This document shows, piece by piece, positions 8,334 through 16,682 of a stretch of DNA of 64,000 nucleotides (position 1 is the stretch's first letter; every line of letters begins with the position of its first letter). Position numbers and translations under genes: made by a program. The stretch covers positions 10,327 through 74,326 of the forward strand of contig JAZLJP010000052.1 in NCBI GenBank assembly GCA_045617985.1. Reading direction: 5' to 3'. A model generated the notes under the pieces. That model made no database searches and was not told where the DNA came from. It was given only the letters and a program-made list of their open reading frames with translations. The DNA is from Kiritimatiellia bacterium. Its GTDB lineage: Bacteria; Verrucomicrobiota; Kiritimatiellia; RFP12; UBA1067.

Positions 8334-11300
8334 CAGGCCTTCGGTTCAGCCGGCTTTTTTTCAACCGGCTTCGCCTCTACAGGTTTCGCAGGGGCCGCCG
8401 GCTTCGCCTCGGCGGGCTTCGCAGGAGCGGTCTCGCCAAGTTGCCGTAGAGACGGCGCTACAGGAGCGGCCGATGCTGGTGCGGGCTTTGCCGGTGCGGC
8501 AGCGGGCTTCGGCGTTGCCGGAACGGCCGGAGCAGGCGCCGCAGGGGCCGCCGGAACAGCAGGAGAAGGCGCGGGCTCGCTTCCGGGCTCCGGTGCCGGC
8601 TTCGTTTCAACCGGCGCGTTCTTCTCGCGGATCTTATCGATGATTTCGCGCAAGTCGGCCTGTTCGTCCTTGAAGCGCTTCTGTTCTTCGAGAATTTCCT
8701 TCTGGTGCTTCTGCGCCCATTCCTGACGATCCTTGTCATCCATCTTCGCGAGCTTCTTCGCGCGTTCGGCCTTGGCCTCTTCGATGGCCTTCGCCGTCTT
8801 GCGCTCGGCATCCTGGATTTCCCACTCTTCGCTCAAGCGGCGCAGCTGTTCACGCTTGGAGACGGGATCGGCCACGGGGCTCAGCGACCAGCCGTTCGAA
8901 TCGAACGGACGCGGATCGCTGAGCGACTTCTTGCGGCGGATGGCTTCCGCCTGCGCGGCGTCGGCATCGTCCAAGACATACGGCGTCATGAAGACGAGGA
9001 GTTCCGAACGGGCGTCCTTCTGCGAGACGCTGCCGAAGAGCCACTTGCCGATCCACGGGATGTCCTTCAAAATCGGAATACCCGATTCGCTATTCACTTC
9101 GGTCTTCTTCGTGAGGCCGCCCATCACCACCGTCATGCGGTTTTCCACCGAAACGTCGCTCGAGATCTTACGCGTCGTAACCGTGGCGTAGGGGTCCGTA
9201 CCGCCGGATTCGTTCGGCACGTTCTGGTCGGCACCCTGCGTTTCGAAGGTCTGTTCCACCGTGAGTACCACCGTGCCGTTCGGGTTGATACGCGGCGTCA
9301 CCTTCACCGTAAGGCCGATATCGCGCTTTTCATAGTTACGCACCTGGCCGCCCGTATAGGCCGAGCCGGAGTACTGGTAGCCGCTGAAGAGGTAGATCAT
9401 ATCGGTCGCCTCGATCGTGGCTTCCTTGTTGTCCACCGTCATCAGAATCGGCGAGGCAAGCACCTTCGTGCGGCTATCGCTCTTCGCGGCATTCAAGACG
9501 GCGGAGATGTTGAGCTTGTCGCTCTTGAGGAGGTAGTTGATACCGCCGCCGATGGGCGTAGCGCCGGCAAAGTAGCCGCTCGCCCCCTCAACGGCATTCG
9601 TGCCGAGCGACATCATCGACTGCAGAATCGCCGACGAGGATCCACCGCCGCCGCCAAGACCATAATGGCCATGGTTGACGAACCCGTCGCGGAGAAGCGT
9701 CTTCATCGACTCGTACACAGGGAAGCCCGTATCCGTCGTAGTGGTCTTCATGACCTTATTGCCCGTATCTTCATCCGTCGTTTCTTCCCAGAACAGGTCA
9801 CGCCCGTAGGCATCCTTCGCCTGCACCTTCTCGGTCACATGCTGGCGGCCGCGCTGCACCCAGTCGATGCCCGTTTGGAGGTCGTCGCCAAGTTCCACCT
9901 GCACGATCACCGTTTCGATGAGCACCTGCGAGAGCTTCACGTCCATGTCTTCGATGACTTCCTTCACGGCCTTCATATCGGCCTTGCGGGCCATCATCAC
10001 GATGCCGTTGATGCGCTTGTCGGCAAGGATCTTGATGTTGTCCTTGTTGAGTTCGCCCAAGCTCGAGGAAGCCGGCGTCGAGAACGTGGGGTTCGCCGTC
10101 TGCGGACGCGGCGCAGGCGCGGGCGTACGGGCCGTCAGGTTGCGGTTCGCGGCAGCCCCGCCGCGCGCGGCGGCGGCGTTGGGGTTGTTCTTCGAGGAGG
10201 ACGAGGACCCGTTGTTGCCGATGAGGTCGTTGAGCATCGAGGCCACTTCTTCGGCATCGGCATATTTCAAGCGCACCACTTCCACGCTCACCTCGGGCGT
10301 CGTTTCCACATCGAGCGTTTCGATCACCTTGTCGAAGAAGTCCATGTTCGTCTTCGCCGTGATGATGATGAGCTTGTTGGAGCGTTCGTCGGCGAGGATG
10401 AGCACCTTGCCGCGGATCATGCCGCGATCGGCGTCGGAAACCTGGGCGAGCATCGTCGCGTTCGGCGTGGTGACCTGCGGCTGCGGCTGGCCAGGACGGC
10501 CCGGGAGATTCAAAAGACGCGTCGGCTGCGGCGCCGGCGCACGCGCGCCGAAGCCGGGGGCGCCGCTCGTTTTCGGCCCGGAAGACGCCTGCTGCGCATC
10601 CTTCTGGCTTTCCGTCACGATCGTTTCAAGCGCCGTCTTGATATCCGTTGCCACGGCGAATTTGACCTGGCGCACGAAGACGTCTTCAAGAACGGGGTTG
10701 GCCACGTCGAGTTCCTTGATCACCTCGAGCATGCGGTTCACGTTCTCCTGCGTATCGGTAACGAGAATCGAGTTGTTGCGCTCGAACACCTGGAAGAGAC
10801 CCGTGGGATCCTTGAAGCCCTCGATCGCCTTCTGCGCTTCCTCCGCCGTAATGTGGGTGAGGCGGATGAGCTGGCTGATCACCTTGCCCTTTTCGGGAAT
10901 CGAATTCGTGGGAATCTCCATCGACGTGCGAATGCCTTGCGTACGCACGGTCTTGCGGTCGAAGGCGTAGAGGAAGATGTCGTCCACTTCCTCGAGCACC
11001 ACGCCGTTCATCGTGAGCACGCGCTCGATCGCGTTCAGATACTGTTCCTTCGTGAGGTCGCGGTCTTCAAACGTCTTGAGCGTCACCTGCGTCTTCGGCA
11101 GATTCGGCGCCGGGAGGAGAATCTTGTCGGCCACGTCCGCATACGCGAAAAGGAGAAGGTCTAGCGGCGCCTGGTCGAACGCAAGGCGCGTGGGAACGCC
11201 ATTCGTCCCTTTCGGAATTTCGGCGAGCATCTCCTCAGGCGTCTTCTGCTCTTCGCCGCCCGCCGCCGCACCGTTCATGCCGCCGTTCATGCCGCCGGCC

Positions 11301-11491
11301 ATGCCGCCGGCCATCGCACCGCCGCGCATGCCGCCGAATCCGCCGGCACGCCCTGCGCCGCCCAGCAGATTGCGCCGGCCGCCGAACCCGCCCATACCGC
11401 CGCCCATCGGGCGCGTCAGCTGCGCATCGGCCGTCGCCGCCACAAGGGCCGCGAACAGGAAAAGCGCGAGCGTATAGATTGTCTTTCTCAT
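8333..11491 (-). CDS. gspD: Type II secretion secretin GspD with long low-complexity extensions
   Basis: Signal peptide; N0 plus three Secretin_N repeats (IRLTHITAEE, ADERSNKLII, LKYADAEEVA); QVLIETVIVQV; KVLASP.LMTVDNKEATI; SGIPILKDIPWIGKWLF...RSELLVFMTPYV. Confidence 0.92.
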   Translation of the reverse strand: MRKTIYTLALFLFAALVAATADAQLTRPMGGGMGGFGGRRNLLGGAGRAGGFGGMRGGAMAGGMAGGMNGGMNGAAAGGEEQKTPEEMLAEIPKGTNGVPTRLAFDQAPLDLLLFAYADVADKILLPAPNLPKTQVTLKTFEDRDLTKEQYLNAIERVLTMNGVVLEEVDDIFLYAFDRKTVRTQGIRTSMEIPTNSIPEKGKVISQLIRLTHITAEEAQKAIEGFKDPTGLFQVFERNNSILVTDTQENVNRMLEVIKELDVANPVLEDVFVRQVKFAVATDIKTALETIVTESQKDAQQASSGPKTSGAPGFGARAPAPQPTRLLNLPGRPGQPQPQVTTPNATMLAQVSDADRGMIRGKVLILADERSNKLIIITAKTNMDFFDKVIETLDVETTPEVSVEVVRLKYADAEEVASMLNDLIGNNGSSSSSKNNPNAAAARGGAAANRNLTARTPAPAPRPQTANPTFSTPASSSLGELNKDNIKILADKRINGIVMMARKADMKAVKEVIEDMDVKLSQVLIETVIVQVELGDDLQTGIDWVQRGRQHVTEKVQAKDAYGRDLFWEETTDEDTGNKVMKTTTTDTGFPVYESMKTLLRDGFVNHGHYGLGGGGGSSSAILQSMMSLGTNAVEGASGYFAGATPIGGGINYLLKSDKLNISAVLNAAKSDSRTKVLASPILMTVDNKEATIEATDMIYLFSGYQYSGSAYTGGQVRNYEKRDIGLTVKVTPRINPNGTVVLTVEQTFETQGADQNVPNESGGTDPYATVTTRKISSDVSVENRMTVVMGGLTKKTEVNSESGIPILKDIPWIGKWLFGSVSQKDARSELLVFMTPYVLDDADAAQAEAIRRKKSLSDPRPFDSNGWSLSPVADPVSKREQLRRLSEEWEIQDAERKTAKAIEEAKAERAKKLAKMDDKDRQEWAQKHQKEILEEQKRFKDEQADLREIIDKIREKNAPVETKPAPEPGSEPAPSPAVPAAPAAPAPAVPATPKPAAAPAKPAPASAAPVAPSLRQLGETAPAKPAEAKPAAPAKPVEAKPVEKKPAEPKA

Positions 11492-12030
11492 TTAGCAGAT
11501 CCTTTCATGTAGGCACACGTCAACGTGAATTTCACCGAGAGGAAGCCGTTGTTCCGTGAAGAGATGTCCAAATCGCGCACGTCGAACATGCCGCCTTCCG
11601 CATGGTCGAGCGCATAGAAGAACTTCACGACGCGCGCCAGGGACGCTTCGAACTTGACTTCGATCGGCATCTCCCACACGCCGCCATGTTCCTCCTCGGG
11701 CTTCGGCTGTTCACCGAGGATTTCAACACCGTTTTCCTGGGCGATTTTTTCCAAGAGACGCTGCCACCGCGTTTCGGTGGACTCGCCTTCCGCGGCCGTG
11801 GGCATCTTCACGCTCACTTCCTCGGACTTCGCCACCCACTGCCCCTTCTCGGAAATCAGCTTGTTCTCGCGGGCGAGCTGCTTCTTCGCGTTCTCGTAGG
11901 CCTTGCGCGACTTCGCCCACGCCGCCTCGCGGCCGCTGAACCACAGAAGCGCCGCCAAACCGTAAAGCGCGATCACGCCAATGACGGCGAGCACCGTCCG
12001 TTCGCGACGGGACATCCCTGACATGCTCAT
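11488..12030 (-). CDS. GspM/PilO-like inner-membrane assembly protein
   Basis: SRRERTVL + single TM helix + coiled coil + ferredoxin-like tail (MPIEVKFEASL..VVKFFYAL); ATGA overlaps with both neighbours. Confidence 0.8.
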   Translation of the reverse strand: MSMSGMSRRERTVLAVIGVIALYGLAALLWFSGREAAWAKSRKAYENAKKQLARENKLISEKGQWVAKSEEVSVKMPTAAEGESTETRWQRLLEKIAQENGVEILGEQPKPEEEHGGVWEMPIEVKFEASLARVVKFFYALDHAEGGMFDVRDLDISSRNNGFLSVKFTLTCAYMKGSAK

Positions 12031-13505
12031 TTGCCACTCCCCTTCTTCGCGTTCGCGGCCTCTTCCTCCGTATGGAAGAACCCTTCCATCGTGAAGCGGA
12101 TGATGCCCTTCTTCGAAATGTTCTCGCCGCCGGACTGCTGCACCTTCGCGAAGAGGCGCTCATCTTCGGCGGCATCCTCGAACGAGGCGTCGTTGAGCGC
12201 GTCCATGAACGAACGCAAGTCCTCACGCGCCGTCGACGTGCCCGTCACGCGCACGCTTTCATCGCGATGGTAGCGGAAGTTGCTGAGGAACATATCCGGG
12301 GAATTCGGCAGACAGTCGGAAATCGTCTTGAACACTTCGAGCGCCCCATGCGCATGGTCGGCATAGCGCTGGATGAGCTCCACCCGGCTCTTGAGCGCGG
12401 AAACCTCCTTGAAGGCAACCGCGTGCCGATGGTCCTTCTGCAACTTCTTCTGACGGCCCGTCATGAAATCGTACGTCATGTCAACGCCGAAAAGAACGCC
12501 CATCACAAGGAGCCACAGCCCACCCGCAATCGAGAGCCAGAGAATGAGCTTTTTCCGAAAACGGTTCTCAATGAGCGCCTCGCGCCACGCCTCGGGCGTT
12601 ACATCGAGGGCCGCGTTTTCAACCGTGCGCCGCGCCGCGCCTTCCGTGCCGGCAAACGCATCTTCCGCGAGCACCTGCCGCACCGGGCCGAAAAACGCGA
12701 GCCGATCAAGGAACGCCGGATCGACAGGCGCACGCGAACAGACGACCACTTCATCGGCCGCCTCGGCGCCCCCCATCTGCTGGAGCAGGCTGAGCATGAC
12801 TTCACGATGAAGCTCCGCCGGCGAAGAGACGTTCCCAAGCCCGCGGAGGAACGTGGGCGCATCCCGGTCGATGAAAACGAGGTCCCATCCGTCGTCCAAA
12901 TTGAGGAGCACGAGCCGCCGCTTCGCATCGGCCTTCTCGCAGAGGCGCGGCCACAGGGAGCGCAACCATCCGAACGCCGTCGTATCGGTACGCATCACAT
13001 GCACCTTCGCGGCCGCAAGCGCTTCGCTGATCTCCATCGACGCCGCATCGGGAAGCGCCGCCACCACGGCGACGATCTCCTTATCCGTCTCGTCCACGAT
13101 CTCGGCGCCCGGCACGAGCACTTCATCCGGGAACGGCGAAATGCCGTCGAGCTCGAGCTGCGCCGCGCCAAGCAGATCGTCACGCGCCTCGGCGGGGAGG
13201 CGCACCGTCTTCACGAGAAATTTCGAAAGCGGCAGCGACAGCGCAAATTCGTGCGTACCGAACTTCTGCGCCGCCGCACGAAACGCGCGGGCGAGGGGCT
13301 TATCCTCCTCGGCCACCTCTTCGGTCGCCACCGGATCTCCCTCGGCGGCGGCGTCTTCCGGCTTCTCCGCACCCGGCAGATCCGCCGCCGCAATCAGCGG
13401 CCACGAGTCGCACGCGCCGCGCGAAACGCGCTCGCCATCAACCTCCAATTGGACACCGCGAAGCGCGGTGCCCTCGAGGCCCAGAACTGTCACTAATTTT
13501 GCCAT
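12027..13505 (-). CDS. GspL-like / PilM-PilN fusion assembly protein
   Basis: Actin-like N-terminus (VLGLEGTALRGVQL; LSLPLSKFLVKTVRLP..AQLELDGISPF), central TM helix, PilN-like periplasmic domain; start placed at MAKLVTV. Confidence 0.8.
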   Translation of the reverse strand: MAKLVTVLGLEGTALRGVQLEVDGERVSRGACDSWPLIAAADLPGAEKPEDAAAEGDPVATEEVAEEDKPLARAFRAAAQKFGTHEFALSLPLSKFLVKTVRLPAEARDDLLGAAQLELDGISPFPDEVLVPGAEIVDETDKEIVAVVAALPDAASMEISEALAAAKVHVMRTDTTAFGWLRSLWPRLCEKADAKRRLVLLNLDDGWDLVFIDRDAPTFLRGLGNVSSPAELHREVMLSLLQQMGGAEAADEVVVCSRAPVDPAFLDRLAFFGPVRQVLAEDAFAGTEGAARRTVENAALDVTPEAWREALIENRFRKKLILWLSIAGGLWLLVMGVLFGVDMTYDFMTGRQKKLQKDHRHAVAFKEVSALKSRVELIQRYADHAHGALEVFKTISDCLPNSPDMFLSNFRYHRDESVRVTGTSTAREDLRSFMDALNDASFEDAAEDERLFAKVQQSGGENISKKGIIRFTMEGFFHTEEEAANAKKGSGK

Positions 13506-13512
13506 TCGACAT

Positions 13513-13541
13513 ATTATCTCATTTCTAGGGACGGCGCGCAA
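13513..13541 (-). promoter_or_regulatory. Putative sigma70-type promoter of the T2SS operon, likely leaderless
   Basis: TTGCGC-17 bp-GATAAT (TG-extended), followed by 7 nt and then ATG; no RBS in between. Confidence 0.5.
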
Positions 13542-13566
13542 TAACGAAATTGAAAGGAACAAAAAT

Positions 13567-13601
13567 TCTTGGTGCTTGGCTCTTGGTGCCTGGTTCTTGG
13601 C
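13567..13601. repeat. Five degenerate heptamer tandem repeats (tcttggt/gcttggc)
   Basis: tcttggt gcttggc tcttggt gcctggt tcttggc, directly after the GH76 stop codon. Confidence 0.7.
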
Positions 13602-13602
13602 G

Positions 13603-14679
13603 CTACCTGGGCAAAGCCGTTAAAAGGAGCAAGGTGAGGGCGGAATTGGCAACTTGGCCTTCGATGTCGAAGGCGTCTTCGGGGATGTGTCGCCAATCGG
13701 GGCCGACGAGATCATCGCCTGGGCGGCGATGCGCCCAGGCGGCGGCGGCGTTCGCGAGGAGATAGCGGCGGAACGCGGGGTCTTTCGAGCGCCGTGCGAG
13801 TTCCGCAAAGTAGCGGAATCCGACGCCGTGAAAGGCGCCGCCATCCCCTTTTCCGCAAGGCTTTACGATACCGTCCCGGCTGAGCGCCCCCATGAAATGG
13901 CGCCCCGCCTTCTCGGCATCGGCGAGAAACGCCTTCTCGCCCGTGTACCGTGCCAGGCGCAGGGCCGAACCGATGAACGTGCCCACGTTGTAGGTGAAAT
14001 CCCATCGCGTGAGGTGGCCCGCGCGGTTGACGTTATCGTAAACCGCACCCGTCGCCTCGTCGAAAAACGTTTTCCGACTCCACGCGAAGAGGCGTTTCGC
14101 CGTCTCGAGATAGCTCTTCTCCTTCGTCAGGCCAAAGAGGTTCGCCGCCGTAATGACGGCCGGAAAATTGCAACAGGCGTTCTTGCTCTTGCGTTCGTCG
14201 CTCCTCCACCACATGCCGCCACCAAGCGTCTCGTCGATCTCCCGCGCCGCGAGATGGTCGAAAAGCGCCTTGCCTTGCGTGAGATAGGCGCGCTCCTTCG
14301 TGTGGACGTAGGCGTTCGTACAGGCGATCGTCCACCAGAGGATGTCGTCGTTGTAGACGTTCGTGCGCCAATCGGGATGGCGCGCGCAAAAGGACGCATA
14401 GAACCGGCGCACGAGCGTTTTCGTCTGCGCCGTGCGGAAGAGACGATCGGCATCAAGCAGCATATCCCAGGCGTGCGCCGAGAACCAGAAATCAAGCGGC
14501 TTCGCCTTTCCCTTGTGCCGCCGGAAATACGCCTTTTCTTCCACCCAGTAGGCGGCCACAAACGCCGCACACGCCGTGCGGGCCCGCGTGCGCACATCGA
14601 CCGTTCCTGCGGAGGCCCCTTCGGCAACGCCCAGCAGAGCGCCGCATCCCCCCGCCAGGAAGTCGCGCCGCGTCATCAT
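13603..14679 (-). CDS. Tat-exported glycoside hydrolase family 76 (alpha-1,6-mannanase-like)
   Basis: MMTRRDFLAGG twin-arginine signal; YNDDILWW acid pair; GGGMWW...KNACCNFP; FTYNVGTFIG; GDGGAFHG. Confidence 0.85.
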   Translation of the reverse strand: MMTRRDFLAGGCGALLGVAEGASAGTVDVRTRARTACAAFVAAYWVEEKAYFRRHKGKAKPLDFWFSAHAWDMLLDADRLFRTAQTKTLVRRFYASFCARHPDWRTNVYNDDILWWTIACTNAYVHTKERAYLTQGKALFDHLAAREIDETLGGGMWWRSDERKSKNACCNFPAVITAANLFGLTKEKSYLETAKRLFAWSRKTFFDEATGAVYDNVNRAGHLTRWDFTYNVGTFIGSALRLARYTGEKAFLADAEKAGRHFMGALSRDGIVKPCGKGDGGAFHGVGFRYFAELARRSKDPAFRRYLLANAAAAWAHRRPGDDLVGPDWRHIPEDAFDIEGQVANSALTLLLLTALPR

Positions 14680-15608
14680 TTTACGGTCCCCGTCTGCGCC
14701 GCCCAAGCCCGCGTCGCCGCACGGGCGAATCCCGTCACGGCCACCTTCCCCGAGGGATAGATCGCCACTTCCGCGAAGGCGTTCTTCTTTTGCCCTTCCA
14801 CCATCGCCGCAAGCGTGTAGAAGTTGACGCCGTGTTCGCAGGAGAAGCCGCCCACATGGTCGTGCCCCTGGAAGACGCCGAGCACCTTGCCGGCACCCCC
14901 GAGAATCTTCTGCACGGCCTCGCCGTTCTTCACGCGATGGTCTTTGCGGGCTTTCGAATCAAGCCGCTGATGGAGGAAAACGACCACCGGCTCGCACGAG
15001 GCGGCAAGCTCCCCGCGCAGCCATTCGATCTCTTGCGGCGGGATGTTGGAATCGATCCAGCTCCAGTTCAGCGGCCGGCTGCGATAGGGCTCCATCTTCG
15101 AATTGAAGTTGCCGTCAAGCACGAGGAAGCGCACGCCGCCACGAACAAACGCATAGTACGACTTCCCCGGCGGCACGCCCGTATTCACGTAGCACGGCAA
15201 GATATCCTCCTTGTCGAGGCAGTCGTTTTCATGGTTGCCCAACACGTGGTAGCGCGGCCCCTTGAAGCCGGACGCGAACACCGCCTCGATGTCGCGCGCG
15301 AATTTCAGCGTGATCTCTTTTGAAATTCTGTTCTTCTCGTCCCGCCCGAGGTCCTTGAAGTCGCCCAGCTCGATGACGAAGTCTTCCTGCCGTGCGGTAA
15401 AGACGCCGAGCGCTTCCGCAAGCTTCCCCTTCGAGAGGCGGTAGGACCGCGAATAGCTCGTTGGGATATCGGCATAATGGAGATCCGTCACCACGCCGAA
15501 GCGCACCATCGGCTTTTCATCCGCCGGCGCCTGGGCGCCAAAAAGCGGCTCCATCAGAAACGCCGCCCCACCGGCAAGAAAACCACGACGAGAAAGTTGA
15601 GCGCCCAT
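14676..15608 (-). CDS. Tat-exported calcineurin-like metallophosphoesterase
   Basis: MGAQLSRRGFL signal; TDLHYAD, ELGDFKD, LGNHE, FLHQRL, GHDH metal-binding motifs. The ORF-track start (15914) lies inside fmt and was rejected. Confidence 0.85.
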   Translation of the reverse strand: MGAQLSRRGFLAGGAAFLMEPLFGAQAPADEKPMVRFGVVTDLHYADIPTSYSRSYRLSKGKLAEALGVFTARQEDFVIELGDFKDLGRDEKNRISKEITLKFARDIEAVFASGFKGPRYHVLGNHENDCLDKEDILPCYVNTGVPPGKSYYAFVRGGVRFLVLDGNFNSKMEPYRSRPLNWSWIDSNIPPQEIEWLRGELAASCEPVVVFLHQRLDSKARKDHRVKNGEAVQKILGGAGKVLGVFQGHDHVGGFSCEHGVNFYTLAAMVEGQKKNAFAEVAIYPSGKVAVTGFARAATRAWAAQTGTVK

Positions 15609-15619
15609 CTTCAAATCCC

Positions 15620-16609
15620 TTAACTGTCGAGCAGCATGTCGGTGCGCGGCTGGAGGGGGCGGCCGCGCAGGAATTCGCCGCCGGCAAGTTCGCGCGCCCC
15701 ATCGGCCTTGAGCGAGGTGAGAAGCAAGGCGCCGTCGCCCGTGCGGACAATCGGCCCGCGCGGCGTCACGGCAACAACCGTGCCGGGGAGCTCGGCGCGC
15801 CAGGCGCTCTCCACCTGTTCCGTTTTCAGGAAGTCGACGCCCGTCACCACCACGCGCCCCGTATTCCCCTTCCGGCGCAGCCGCTGCGGCAGGAACGTGT
15901 AGCACCCGGGCCACGGCGAATAGGCGCGGAGCAGCAACTCGATCTCGAAGGACTTCTTCTTCCAGTCGATGAGGCCGTCCGTCTTCTTGATCTTATGGGC
16001 GAAGGTCGCCTTCGCATCCTCCTGCTCGACCGGCGGCGGAAGCGTGCCGGCCTCGAGCATCTTCAGCGTCTTCGCAAACGTCACGCCGCCCGCGATGGCC
16101 AAACGGTCCATGAGCGTATCGCCCGTATCGTCCGAATAGATCGGCTCGATGGCCTTGCGGAGAATCGGGCCGTCGTCCATGCCGCGGCCCATGCGGATGA
16201 CGGAAATGCCCGTCAGTTCATCGCCCGCGAGAAGCGCCGCCGTCACGGGGGAGGCGCCGCGATACTTCGGCAGAAGCGAGAAATGGCAGTTCACGCAACC
16301 GTACTTCGGCATGTTGAGAATGTCGTCTTTGAGGAACTGGCCGAAGGCGACGACGGCGATGACATCCGGCTTGCGCGCGCGGATCCACTCCACCGCCTCC
16401 GGCGCGTTCACGTTCTCGGGCGTGATGCAATCGAGAATGCCGCGCTCGCTCGCATACTTGCGGCACGGGCACGGCGTGAGGTCGCGCCCGCGCCCCGCCG
16501 GACGATCCGGCTGGGTGACGACGCCGACCACATTGAGATTCGGCAACCGAAGGATGGCGTGAAGGCACGTCGCTGACGCCTGTGATGAACCCATGAATAC
16601 AATACGCAT
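15620..16609 (-). CDS. fmt: Methionyl-tRNA formyltransferase
   Basis: MRIVFMGS...VVTQPDRPAGRG...VVAFGQFL...NCHFSLLPKYRGASP...MDDGP. Confidence 0.93.
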   Translation of the reverse strand: MRIVFMGSSQASATCLHAILRLPNLNVVGVVTQPDRPAGRGRDLTPCPCRKYASERGILDCITPENVNAPEAVEWIRARKPDVIAVVAFGQFLKDDILNMPKYGCVNCHFSLLPKYRGASPVTAALLAGDELTGISVIRMGRGMDDGPILRKAIEPIYSDDTGDTLMDRLAIAGGVTFAKTLKMLEAGTLPPPVEQEDAKATFAHKIKKTDGLIDWKKKSFEIELLLRAYSPWPGCYTFLPQRLRRKGNTGRVVVTGVDFLKTEQVESAWRAELPGTVVAVTPRGPIVRTGDGALLLTSLKADGARELAGGEFLRGRPLQPRTDMLLDS

Positions 16610-16682
16610 CTGATTTAACCTCCTCCGCGTTGCCGATATCTTTCGTTACGAATAGACGACAGACGCCCGCACCCGCACGATC

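Noticed and set aside
14676-15914. N-terminal extensions given by the ORF track (14676-15914, 31741-34287, 12027-13562, 45200-46813, 46689-47888, 51994-53136, 53960-55183, 58866-60017)
   Set aside because: The extensions overlap upstream genes; downstream ATGs with signal peptides, RBSs or ATGA coupling fit better.
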